From a virus, in the IMG/VR virus record IMGVR_UViG_3300045988_018111, positions 1 through 43,266 of that record: DNA of 43,266 bases; one strand, given 5' to 3'. The first letter of the stretch is position 1. Each line of letters begins with the position of its first letter. Below the pieces are notes generated by a model, which was not told the origin of the DNA, made no database searches, and was given only the letters and a program-made list of their open reading frames with translations. Both the position numbers and the translations under genes were made by a program. Below, in pieces: positions 13,805 through 22,200 of this stretch.

Positions 13805-14932
13805 ATGGCGAATTGCATCAAATGTAAAGCAGCGCTGCCGGATGGCGCGCTGTTTTGTCCTATATGCGGAAAAAAGCAAGCATCTGTCGACCGAAAAGCC
13901 ACAAAACGCGGCAACGGGACGGGGACGGTCTATAAGCGCGGCTCTTCATGGGTAGCCGAAATCACCAAAGGCTACCGTGAAGAAGACGGCAATCTGACCC
14001 GCGTGAAAGCGAAAAAATGCGGCTTCCGCACAAAACGAGAAGCCTTAGAATATATCCCCATGCTGCGGACGCAAAAGCCCCGTGAAAAGGATATCACTTG
14101 GCGCAAGGCATATGAGCTTTGGTTCCCAACGCATCGCGCCGACAAGTCCACGCTGAATTGCTACGCCGCTGCCGAAAAGTATTTTGCACCGATCGAATTT
14201 ATGAAGCTGGCCGCGGTCGAGATTGATGACATCCAAGAATGCATTGATGACTGCCCGCGCGCCAAACAGACGAAAAAGAATATGCGCACCGTGTGCAGCC
14301 TGATCTACAAGTATGCCGTTCCGCGCGGATATGCCCCTATGAGTATGGCCCCGTATCTCACCGTCACCGGCGAAAACGCCGCGCCGCGCGCGAGCTTTGA
14401 TGCCGACCAGATCGAGAAGATAAAAGAGGCGTGCGGCGTGATTCCATACGCCGACTATATCTACTGCATGTGTTACCTCGGCTTCCGCCCTACAGAATTT
14501 CTCGGCCTGTCGATTGATAACTACGACAAGAAAGAAAAGGTGCTTCGCGCTGGTATCAAGACTGAAGCGGGCAAGAATAGAACCGTCACGATATCACCCA
14601 AGATTCAGCCCATCATAGACCGGCTGGCGAAAGACAAGATATCCGGCGCGCTGTTCTGTAACGAAGAAGGAAAAGCGTTCAGGTATGACTATTTCCGCGA
14701 CGAGGTTTTCTATCCCACATTAAAGGCAATCGGCATTGACAATCCAATCGAAAACAAGCGGCACAAGTATTCCCCCCATACATGCCGTCATACGTTCGCG
14801 ACGCTGATGAAAAACATTCAGGCATCGGACAAGGACAAACTCGAGCTGATCGGTCACGCAAGCCCCGAAATGCTGCGGTATTATCAGGATGTCAACCTCA
14901 CCGACCTTCGAAAAATCACCGATGCGATATAG
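13805..14932 (+). CDS. int: Tyrosine integrase with N-terminal zinc-ribbon
   Basis: Start trimmed to ATG 13805 (GGAGGGG SD). CIKCKAALPDGALFCPICG ribbon. Box I LGFRPTEFLGL. HTCRHTFATLM and LIGHASPEMLRYYQ catalytic R-H-R-Y pattern. Confidence 0.9.
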   Translation: MANCIKCKAALPDGALFCPICGKKQASVDRKATKRGNGTGTVYKRGSSWVAEITKGYREEDGNLTRVKAKKCGFRTKREALEYIPMLRTQKPREKDITWRKAYELWFPTHRADKSTLNCYAAAEKYFAPIEFMKLAAVEIDDIQECIDDCPRAKQTKKNMRTVCSLIYKYAVPRGYAPMSMAPYLTVTGENAAPRASFDADQIEKIKEACGVIPYADYIYCMCYLGFRPTEFLGLSIDNYDKKEKVLRAGIKTEAGKNRTVTISPKIQPIIDRLAKDKISGALFCNEEGKAFRYDYFRDEVFYPTLKAIGIDNPIENKRHKYSPHTCRHTFATLMKNIQASDKDKLELIGHASPEMLRYYQDVNLTDLRKITDAI

Positions 14933-14937
14933 TTTTT

Positions 14938-14959
14938 CTGTTACCCCCTCGTTACCCCC
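14938..14959 (+). repeat. Arm-type repeat pair CTGTTACCCCC-tc-GTTACCCCC (left of attP core)
   Basis: The same pair recurs at 15134..15156 in the same orientation. Candidate integrase arm-binding sites. Confidence 0.55.
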
Positions 14960-15017
14960 ATCGAACGATTTCCCGTTGATATTCCGTCGTTTTTCGGTGA
15001 CTGGGGGTCAAGAGGCC

Positions 15018-15045
15018 GTGAGTTCAAGTCTCGCCACTCGGACCA
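15018..15045 (+). other. tRNA 3'-end-like segment (T-arm, acceptor strand, A, CCA): probable attP core
   Basis: GTGAG-TTCAAGT-CTCGC (5-bp T-stem with one G:U, canonical TTCRANY loop), then CACTCGG-A-CCA. No matching 5' half upstream, so it is a fragment and not a gene. Confidence 0.55.
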
Positions 15046-15051
15046 AGAAAA

Positions 15052-15083
15052 ACCTCGAAACCGTTGCGGTTCCGAGGTTTTTT
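15052..15083 (+). terminator. Rho-independent terminator after the tRNA-like segment
   Basis: acctcgaaaccg-ttg-cggttccgaggt (one mismatch) followed by tttttt. Confidence 0.75.
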
Positions 15084-15133
15084 CATATTTAGACTATTCT
15101 GGCAAATTCTCGATTATGCCCAATATTTCTATC

Positions 15134-15156
15134 CTGTTACCCCCGCAGTTACCCTC
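15134..15156 (+). repeat. Arm-type repeat pair CTGTTACCCCC-gca-GTTACCCTC (right of attP core)
   Basis: Direct repeat of 14938..14959. Confidence 0.55.
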
Positions 15157-15160
15157 GCAT

Positions 15161-15196
15161 AAAAGGCCTCTACCCATTGCGGGCAGAGGCCTTTTT
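15161..15196. terminator. Bidirectional terminator between lysogeny block and minus-strand cargo genes
   Basis: aaaa-GGCCTCTACCC-attg-CGGGCAGAGGCC-ttttt (one mismatch), with A-run and T-run on either side. Confidence 0.75.
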
Positions 15197-15226
15197 GGCT
15201 AATAGTGCATCATTTTTTGGGCTCGC

Positions 15227-15538
15227 TCATCCCTCTCGAAACATCCCTTGCATCGTCCGAACCTCGGCAGCTCTCTCGATCTGCTTCCTGTGCAGATAGT
15301 CATAGAGACACTTCATGCCCTCGGGCGGCTCGCCCTTCTCCTGCTTATACTTCTGGATGACGCCGGCGACCTCAGCGTGTAGCATCGTCATGTGATGCAT
15401 CTCTTCACCGGAAAGCTCGTAAAAAGTTTTCGCAAGAGCAGGACATTCGTCCTTGTACTCGAGGGCGCATTTCGCGTACTTCATCGCGTCCTCGATTTCC
15501 TCGTCGACCATCGCCGACAGTTTTTCAATGAGTTTCAT
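15227..15538 (-). CDS. Four-helix/ferritin-like small protein (103 aa), function unknown
   Basis: Start trimmed to ATG 15538 (GAGGAAG SD). EIEDAMKYAKCALEY...ELSGEEMHHMTMLHAE is helical with E/H-rich pairs. The assignment is weak. Confidence 0.55.
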   Translation of the reverse strand: MKLIEKLSAMVDEEIEDAMKYAKCALEYKDECPALAKTFYELSGEEMHHMTMLHAEVAGVIQKYKQEKGEPPEGMKCLYDYLHRKQIERAAEVRTMQGMFREG

Positions 15539-15683
15539 TTTCTTCCTCGCTTTCTGCGGTCGGCTTCGGCATTGCTTTTTTGATCTCCGCCAGTGCCGCG
15601 TCGCCGATCTGATTGCCGATGCTGCGCCCTGTGGGCGTGGCCACCATCGCGCCAAGCAGCATCCCGATCAAGAGCTGCACCAT
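15525..15683 (-). CDS. Small glycine-zipper membrane protein (52 aa)
   Basis: Start trimmed to ATG 15683. MVQLLIGMLLGAMVATPTGRSIGNQIG. Confidence 0.5.
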   Translation of the reverse strand: MVQLLIGMLLGAMVATPTGRSIGNQIGDAALAEIKKAMPKPTAESEEENETH

Positions 15684-15693
15684 CGCGCACCTC

Positions 15694-16095
15694 TCAGATC
15701 CGCTGCACGCGCAGCGCCACATTATTGACCGTAGCAGCGGCACCGGCGAGTACCAGCGTCAGAGCGGACCCTTCCGCGCAGCAGACCTGACGCACAAGCG
15801 CCGGAATGCTGAGATCGACCGTGCCGTTGGCGGCGGCAGTCGCCGAGGCGGTCGCGCCGGGGACGGCGACGCCGTCCTTGTAGAGTGTAACGGTGACGGT
15901 TCCGGCAGCGGCAGGCGTGACGGTGACCGAGGCGTCGACATCGTAGTAGCCAGCGCCGGTGATGTTGACAGCGTTGCCGTTGAGGGCCACGTCGCAGCCG
16001 TAGCGGCGGATAAGGCTGCCAAGAGGAATGACGCCGTCGACCGCGACAGCGGTAGGCGTCTGCATGGCAGCGTAAAGAGCAGATTTACAAGACAT
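15694..16095 (-). CDS. Stand-alone BclA-C/ExsF (C1q/TNF-like) type jelly-roll candidate (133 aa)
   Basis: Start trimmed to ATG 16095 (GGAAGGAG SD). The pattern IPLG...NITGAGYYDVDASVTV...VTLYKDGVAVPG...LTLVLAG...VALRVQRI resembles exosporium BclA C-terminal/ExsF domains. By eye only. Confidence 0.45.
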   Translation of the reverse strand: MSCKSALYAAMQTPTAVAVDGVIPLGSLIRRYGCDVALNGNAVNITGAGYYDVDASVTVTPAAAGTVTVTLYKDGVAVPGATASATAAANGTVDLSIPALVRQVCCAEGSALTLVLAGAAATVNNVALRVQRI

Positions 16096-16111
16096 TTTTA
16101 TTCTCCTTCCA

Positions 16112-16141
16112 TAAAAAATAGGCGGGGCTATTGCCCCGCCT
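16112..16141 (-). terminator. Rho-independent terminator
   Basis: Minus strand AGGCGGGGC-aata-GCCCCGCCT followed by ATTTTTTAT. Confidence 0.8.
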
Positions 16142-16191
16142 GTTACCCGGCCATAGGGGCCTGCCATGTCCCCCGAGCGGGGAATATGGTC

Positions 16192-16734
16192 TTAAAGGTT
16201 GACGTTGCCGTTGCAGCCGCAAGACGCGGGGATGATCTGGCCTGCGCAGGTCGAAGCCACTCCGTACAGTGCGGGCTTGGTCAGCATGCGGCCCTCGATC
16301 GCATCCAGACGGCGGTTGAAACCGCAGCAGCAATCGGAGATCTTCGCCGCCAGGGCGTCTGTCTGCTCCTTGGTGAAGATGCCGTTCTTGAGGTTCTGGT
16401 TCTCCATCTTGAGGTCGAAGATGGTCTCCTGCAGGCGCTGCTCGTAGATGCGGCTGGCCTGACTGGTGATCGCCTCAGTGCTGGCGTTGATTGCCATGCG
16501 CGTGTCGTTGCTCTGCTGCTCGATGAGATACTGCGTGCGGGACGTGTCGATGATCCCCTGCTTTTCGACCTCGCAGTTGCTCACGCGGTTGCAGCCGGTG
16601 TCATTGACGGGATACGGCATATTGCCGCGTCCAAAGCCAAAGCCGTTGCCAAAGCCGCCAAACAGCGCCGCGATGACGATGATGATAAACAGTACCGCGA
16701 GCCAGCTCATGCCGGTGCTCTGATCGTTGTTCAT
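16192..16734 (-). CDS. Membrane-anchored Cys-rich protein (180 aa), unknown function
   Basis: Start trimmed to ATG 16734 (AGGAGAATG SD). TM WLAVLFIIIVIAALFGGFGNGFGFG, coiled middle, C-terminal DCCCG...STCAG...ASCGCNG. Confidence 0.65.
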   Translation of the reverse strand: MNNDQSTGMSWLAVLFIIIVIAALFGGFGNGFGFGRGNMPYPVNDTGCNRVSNCEVEKQGIIDTSRTQYLIEQQSNDTRMAINASTEAITSQASRIYEQRLQETIFDLKMENQNLKNGIFTKEQTDALAAKISDCCCGFNRRLDAIEGRMLTKPALYGVASTCAGQIIPASCGCNGNVNL

Positions 16735-16770
16735 GGTGCATTCTCCTTTCCTCAAAAATTATTCCAACAG

Positions 16771-17115
16771 CTATTTCAGCCGGGGGAATTTGGTTGAGTG
16801 CCCCGCTTTGCCCTTTTGCGGGGCCTGTGAACCGTTTTGTGTGCCGCCGAGTATTTTATTGGCGTCAGAGCGCAAAGCCTCTGGGGTCGTGCCGAGAAGC
16901 CCGCACAGGGCCTTCGCCTGCATTGTGCGCCCGTAGCGCGAATATAGGCTGTCGGCGATACCAGGATCAATGCCGAGCCTGCGCGCCGTGCTCTGCACGC
17001 CCTCCAGCGTGTCAACCGTCCCGCTGATCGCCTGCTCCGCTTTCTCCGCCGCGCCTTGCAGGTCGGCGCTGGGAAACATTCTCGCCGCTGCCGCTAAGAG
17101 TTGCTTGAGGTCCAT
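16771..17115 (-). CDS. Hypothetical protein (114 aa)
   Basis: ATG 17115 behind AAGGAG. Overlapped for 104 nt by the tail of the upstream ORF in another frame. Confidence 0.6.
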   Translation of the reverse strand: MDLKQLLAAAARMFPSADLQGAAEKAEQAISGTVDTLEGVQSTARRLGIDPGIADSLYSRYGRTMQAKALCGLLGTTPEALRSDANKILGGTQNGSQAPQKGKAGHSTKFPRLK

Positions 17116-17416
17116 TTTCCTTCAGCTCCTTTACCTGATCGGTCAGATTTTTGATGACCGCAGCCATGTCGCTCATAGCCGACTGCATTTCGCCCATTAG
17201 CTCCTCCTGCGTCTTGGGCGGAGTGATGACGCCCAGCTCAACAAGCTTGTCGTAATACTCCTGCGTGGTGGCTTCCAGCTCGGCGTATGCCGAAGAGGTC
17301 TTGCCGATGAGCTGCTGGCGGTTGCCGAAATAGTCGGTCTGGAAAATATCACCGTTGTCGATAACACACATCATGCAGTTTCCGCCGCTGTATCCGGCAA
17401 TTGCAAACTGGTCCAT
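17012..17416 (-). CDS. Hypothetical protein (134 aa as drawn; last approximately 34 codons doubtful)
   Basis: ATG 17416 behind AAGGAGGTG. MDQFAIAGYSGGNCMMCVIDNGDIF... After codon 100 the frame becomes R/G-rich and overlaps 16771..17115. Confidence 0.55.
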   Translation of the reverse strand: MDQFAIAGYSGGNCMMCVIDNGDIFQTDYFGNRQQLIGKTSSAYAELEATTQEYYDKLVELGVITPPKTQEELMGEMQSAMSDMAAVIKNLTDQVKELKENGPQATLSGSGENVSQRRPARRGGESGAGDQRDG

Positions 17417-17501
17417 GCGCGCACCTCCTTTTGTTGTCTCAATGATAACGAAAAAGAGGCCCCGCAAAGAGCCTGAAAAAGGTCTTTGTAGGGTCTCTTC
17501 T

Positions 17502-17741
17502 TTATGTGTTTTTGATGCCGTCCGCGATTTTGCTGTATGCCCGGCGTCGCCGCGTCTTCACGTACTCCGGTGAGACGTGCAGTGTCTCCGCGACTTCGAC
17601 GCGGCTCTTCCCGCGCACATCGCATTCAATAAGGCAGTACGCTTCGTCCTGCGGCAGCTCAAACGATAAGATATACGCCACAGCCCGCTTGGGGGCCATA
17701 GAAGATAATTGCGCGCGGATTGACCTGTGCTGACTGTCCAT
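17502..17741 (-). CDS. Sigma-70 region-4-like HTH protein (79 aa)
   Basis: LPQDEAYCLIECDVRGKSRVEVAETLHVSPEYVKTRRRRAYSKIADGI matches the region-4 pattern (L......vl.l....G.s..EiAe.l.vS..tVk....RA..kl). The track N-terminal extension overlaps the endolysin gene. No clear SD. Confidence 0.55.
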   Translation of the reverse strand: MDSQHRSIRAQLSSMAPKRAVAYILSFELPQDEAYCLIECDVRGKSRVEVAETLHVSPEYVKTRRRRAYSKIADGIKNT

Positions 17742-17824
17742 GCCCGTGTAGGGCTTGCAGAGCGCTTTCGCGTGGCTTTCGCCGCCCGCTCCTTCCTTAC
17801 TTTTTCGACCGCTCCAACTCCGGG

Positions 17825-18469
17825 TTACTTCATCGCCGCGAGCTTTCGGATCAGGTCGCCGCCGTATTTGTAAGCGGCGAGGTAGTCCATCGTCGCATCC
17901 GCCAGACCGGAGCGCTTTTTGAGCATTTCGCGGTAGTCCGGCTCCGCAAGCCTGCTCTTGAACTCCTTTTCCCACTTGCCCGCGTTTTCCTTGCCCGACC
18001 AGTAGGCGGGGCACAGCTTGCCCGTCACGTCGAAGTGGCGGATGACGTTGCTCGCGGGGATGTTGTACTTCTTCATCAGAGCTTTCGTCAGCTCAAGTGC
18101 CTGCGCGACGGTCTTCGCGCCCGGCGCGTATACGCCGTTCTTCTTCTCATCGCACAGCTCAATGCTGATGCTGTTTGCGTTCAGGCAGCGGCCGTGCAGC
18201 GTCCCGCCGCCGGTCTGCGCGCAACTCGGGTACTTCTTCCCGCCGACCGCCCACGCGATGCGCAGGTCGTCCACGCTCTGGATGACCTCTTTCTCGTCCA
18301 CGAAGTAGTGCGCGCTCGTCTTCACCACGTTCGATGCGTAGTATTTGGCGTTGTTCAGCGCCGTGTCGCCGTCGTTTCCGGTGTAGTGGATGACGATGTA
18401 GCGAATGCCGCTCGCCGCGCGCGTGCCGCCGACGTTCCCCGCGTTCGCGGGATATTTGCGGATATTCAT
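17825..18469 (-). CDS. Endolysin, N-acetylmuramoyl-L-alanine amidase (Amidase_2/PGRP type)
   Basis: IRYIVIHYTGNDGDTA...SAHYFVD...NSISIELC...NVIRHFDVTGKLCPAYW are the Zn-amidase_2 hallmarks. Confidence 0.9.
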   Translation of the reverse strand: MNIRKYPANAGNVGGTRAASGIRYIVIHYTGNDGDTALNNAKYYASNVVKTSAHYFVDEKEVIQSVDDLRIAWAVGGKKYPSCAQTGGGTLHGRCLNANSISIELCDEKKNGVYAPGAKTVAQALELTKALMKKYNIPASNVIRHFDVTGKLCPAYWSGKENAGKWEKEFKSRLAEPDYREMLKKRSGLADATMDYLAAYKYGGDLIRKLAAMK

Positions 18470-18473
18470 GCGT

Positions 18474-18668
18474 TTATTCTCCCTTCGCGCTGCCCGCGGC
18501 GTTCTGTGTGCCGAAGTAGAACGCGATGACCATGAGGTACACGGTGTTGAATTCCTGCGTCACCTTCGACTGTACTGTCAGCGCGCAGAAGGTCGCCGTC
18601 AGCGCAATCGTCACAAGGCTTTTCACGCTGAGAAGGTTTGCGATTCTCTTGTTCAGTAATTCGTTCAT
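18474..18668 (-). CDS. Holin (two TM helices, 64 aa)
   Basis: LLSVKSLVTIALTATFCALTV ... VYLMVIAFYFGTQ, a clostridial phage holin-like pattern, immediately upstream of the endolysin. Confidence 0.75.
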   Translation of the reverse strand: MNELLNKRIANLLSVKSLVTIALTATFCALTVQSKVTQEFNTVYLMVIAFYFGTQNAAGSAKGE

Positions 18669-18669
18669 G

Positions 18670-18864
18670 TTATTCGTCCTTTCCCTTGATTTTTATTCCC
18701 GCCAGCAGCCCCAGTTCCGCCGTCCACGCGGCGAACCACGCGACGGTCAGGCTATCCGGCACTACCTTGTCATGCGCGGTCAATACGAGCACCGCAATGC
18801 AGTACCAGCAGAGGTTGAGCACTGCCGCGATGACGTACTTGTCCCGCTTTCTCAGCTTTTTCAT
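18670..18864 (-). CDS. Second holin-like membrane protein (64 aa)
   Basis: Start trimmed to ATG 18864 (ATGA overlap). Two hydrophobic helices VIAAVLNLCWYCIAVLVL and VAWFAAWTAELGLLAGI. Confidence 0.6.
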   Translation of the reverse strand: MKKLRKRDKYVIAAVLNLCWYCIAVLVLTAHDKVVPDSLTVAWFAAWTAELGLLAGIKIKGKDE

Positions 18865-19163
18865 AGGGCTACACCAGAAATCAGCCACGCGATAAACGCA
18901 CCAGCCAGCGCCGCGAGAGCCTTGTCGACCAGACTGTCCCAGCGTTTCCCCGCCTTTCCCGTGATGGCCTTTACATCCTCTTTGATTTCTTTGACGTCTC
19001 CCTCAACGGTTTCCTGCTTGGTCGCCAACACCTCGACCGACGTCGCCAGCCTGTCGAGCGCCGTTTGGTGCTCCTGCAACTCATTGATTCGATGCGTATT
19101 GCTCTTGCAGCGTGCATCGATCAGCGCGATCTCTGCGTCATCGTAGTGCTTTGCATTGTCCAT
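18861..19163 (-). CDS. xhlA: XhlA-like lysis-module protein (coiled coil plus C-terminal TM)
   Basis: Coiled N-terminal part, VEGDVKEIKEDVKAI, C-terminal LAALAGAFIAWLISGVAL. The position before holin/holin/amidase mirrors PBSX xhlA-xhlB-xlyA. Confidence 0.5.
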   Translation of the reverse strand: MDNAKHYDDAEIALIDARCKSNTHRINELQEHQTALDRLATSVEVLATKQETVEGDVKEIKEDVKAITGKAGKRWDSLVDKALAALAGAFIAWLISGVAL

Positions 19164-19203
19164 TTTTCACGCCCCCTTATTTTTATGGTGTTCTCCATTG
19201 AGC

Positions 19204-19237
19204 CTATCATGCCGCCTCCGCAAATTCACCACGGGGC
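19204..19237 (-). promoter_or_regulatory. Late bipartite motif, site C (GCCCCGTGGTG-N17-TGATAG) upstream of lysis cassette
   Basis: Same geometry as the sites at 38738..38770 and 43121..43153 (see findings). Confidence 0.5.
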
Positions 19238-19273
19238 AAAAGAACCTGTCGGACCACCGACAGGTTCTTTTTC
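19237..19273. terminator. Bidirectional rho-independent terminator after the giant gene
   Basis: aaaa-AGAACCTGTCGG-acca-CCGACAGGTTCT-ttttt, perfect 12-bp stem. Confidence 0.85.
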
Positions 19274-19274
19274 T

Positions 19275-22200
19275 TTACGCCGCTTTCTTCCTCATGATTG
19301 CAAGCTGCTCGTCCACCCGCGCGCGGTTCCAGTGGCGAATGCTCTTCCCGACGCCGAAGTCCTCAAATAGGGCCGCGCGCTGTTTATCGGAAAGCCCCTT
19401 CTGCTGATAAACAAGCTCCATGATCTGTAATCCCTCGCTGTTGCTGATGGTATCACCATTTTTGTCCTTCAGGCTTTCGATCCCGCCTTTTGCCAGATAA
19501 AGCGCAATATACTGGGCTTCTGAAACGCCCGTTTTTTTGACGGTATCTATGGCCTTTGCCGCCCATCCGTCCGTTTGGTAATTGCTCACGCTCATTTTCC
19601 CAACGATGTTGGCATATTCGTAGGCTTTCGCAACGGCATCTGCCTTATCGCCGTCGCTCATGGACTTATAGCTCGCAAGTCCCGTGAGCTCGCTGACGAT
19701 CTTATAGGAAGTCTGCCCGCGCTTTGTGGCGTACTTGACGTATTCCTCGCCGGTCAACTGTTTGTTTTCCTTATTCACGGTAAAAGATTTCGGTGCGCGC
19801 TGCGGCAGGACTTTGGCCTCACCGGTCGCCTCATACAGGCGGCTCAATTCATCTTCCATTTTGCTGCCGCTTACCTTCGAGGTATACGCGGGATTCGCAA
19901 AATTGTTAAATGCCCGCGCGATCACTCCTCCGGAGCTTTCCGTGCGTCCCCATGCGTCGATAAAGGGGATCTGCCCGTAGTCAACGCCCGGAATACGCGC
20001 GCTGGCCTTGCCGAGCGCATATTGCATATCCGGCGTCAGGAATTTGTTCTTATCCGTATAGGTCGTCATGCGCTCGCTTTCGCCCGTGCGCTCCGCCTGC
20101 CCGAAGACCGTCGGGATACCCTGCGTCAAATAACTCGTCGCCGCGCTTGCTACCGCACTGGTTAGTGCGTTTGTGTCCCCGGAGGACGCATACCCCACCG
20201 CGTCAAAAACGTCGTTCAGGCTTTGCAGACAGCTCATGGAAAGAAGCGGGTCCGTCACGTTGCTTGCTGCCTGAAGCATATCACTCATAGTGAGATACCC
20301 GTTGTTCGCCTGCATTTGCTCGTAAAGGTTTGCCCCGACGAAAAACGGAAGCGCTTCCGGCGCAAGCCAATCCAGCGTAATACTCGTGCCATTTGGCAGC
20401 TCCATCGCATATTCCTGATGCCCTTGCAGCTCGTCGAACTTTTTCTTCTTCTCGTCATCACCGCCGCTGCCGCGAAGAATGCCCTCTTTCGCCATATAAA
20501 GGCCGAGCATCATCAGCCCCGTGCCGGTCAGACCGGCGGCGGCACGGTCGATCATTTCGGTCGCCTGCATATTACCCTTCTGCACCTGCACAAGGTCATA
20601 GCTTATGCTTTTGAGGAAACCAATAGGGCTGTATTCCACGCCGCGCACCAGAATGTTGGCTGGTGTCTTGCGGAACGGCAGGATTCCTTCGGCGAGGGTG
20701 CTTCCGAGGCGTTTCATCTTGTTATCCCCGCGGTATCTGCCGAGATCGGAGATCATCTGTGAAAACGCATTGGTGTCTCGATAGGTTGCTTTCTGCGCCT
20801 CTCTGATCGCGTATTCGCGTGCCGCTTCAATGCCTTTCCCGCCAGCGACCTGCTCCGCGGTAATGCCATTTGCTTTGCAGAATTGCGCCAGCGCCGCCGC
20901 GTAATGCGGCTTGGAGAACCATGCGTCTTCCGCATCCAGCGCCGTGCTGTTAGATTTGCGCATCGCTTCCAGCAGCTTTGGTTTGAAGATCGTGCGCCCT
21001 TCCTCGATTTCCTGTCGCACATTGACATTATCATTGTACTTGCCGCTGCCGAGAGCCTGCTCGCGAATGTTGGCATAGTCACTCCATGCCGCCTTGATAA
21101 GCCCTGCGTCCTTCGTCGTCAGGATTGCCTTCGTGCGTCCGACTTTGCCGCCGCTCACCGCGTTCGCAGCGCTCTCAATGCCTGCGCCGATGACGTTCTT
21201 TACCGTGACAGCAGGAACAAATCCTACGTTGCCAACGATGTTGCGCACATGCGTGCGTGGATTACCAAGCATCGAAAAGTAGCGCCAAGCGTTCCATTTG
21301 TCAATGAAGCGGCTCGGCATCTGTCTGCCGATATCGCGATAGATTTCCTTCATCGCCTCGGTGCGCGCATCGTCGTCCTTTGCGTTCAGGAACTTCTCAG
21401 CGAGGTCGCGGTCAATCTCCAGATCAGGGGCCTTTTCCCCGTACTGCTTTTTGAGATCTTCTGTCAAGTTCTCCACGCTGCGCTGCGCCGCATAAAGCTG
21501 CGTACCGGGGTCCTGCTGCTTGAGCAGCCGCGTTGCCTGCAACGCCTGTGCCGCATTTCTCTGGCGCTTTACGATGGTGTCGAGCACATCGATAGCTGTC
21601 TCCACATCACCGCTGTTTGCTGCATTGTTGTAGAGCGCCCAGCCAATCGCCGTATTCTCCTTGCTGATTCCCTCTTTGGTGGAATTTTTCCATTTATTCA
21701 AGGTCTTTTGCCAGCCTTCGGTTTTGATGCGGCTTTCTGCGTCACTGATGGACTGCTTGTCCGTATAGCGGTCGTAGGAGAAATCTCCTTTTGCCACCAT
21801 TCGTTCCAACGTCGGCACCATTGCGTCCGGCGTTGCCTTTGCTTCCAGCACCGTGCGGATCGTGCGGCTGACGTATTTGTCGTCCGCCGTTTTCTTCGGC
21901 ACTTGTACCTCTCGGTACGCGCGCTCGCCCGCCGGGATATATCCGTACTTCTTTTTCAACGTTTCGTAGTTTGCCTCAGGGATCTCGCGGGAGAATGCCG
22001 CGTCATTCACGCTGTTGACTTTTGCTAAACGGTCCGCCTCATCTCCGGCGATATATTCCACCGTGTTGACCCCGGCATCCTGCAATGCGGCTTTCAGACG
22101 GTCGCTGCTGTTGTCCGGGATCACCGCTGCCAAAACTTCGTCAAACCCAACGGCGCGCTGGGGCTTGGCCTCAAAGTAGCCGGTGGGCATTTCCGCCGCC

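Noticed and set aside
15018-15045. A possible complete tRNA gene after the integrase
   Set aside because: Only the T-arm, the 3' acceptor strand and CCA are present. No D-arm, anticodon arm or complementary 5' acceptor strand (CCGAGTG) lies upstream, so it is reported as an attP-type fragment instead.
17502-18014. 170-aa version of the sigma-like ORF, and similar N-terminal extensions of track ORFs (1618..2454, 3392..4276, 5201..5728, 7821..8810, 15227..15655, 38783..39250 and others)
   Set aside because: The extensions overlap the upstream gene in another frame, are Arg/Gly/Ala-rich, and an internal ATG with a good SD or ATGA coupling gives a protein starting at the conserved N-terminus.
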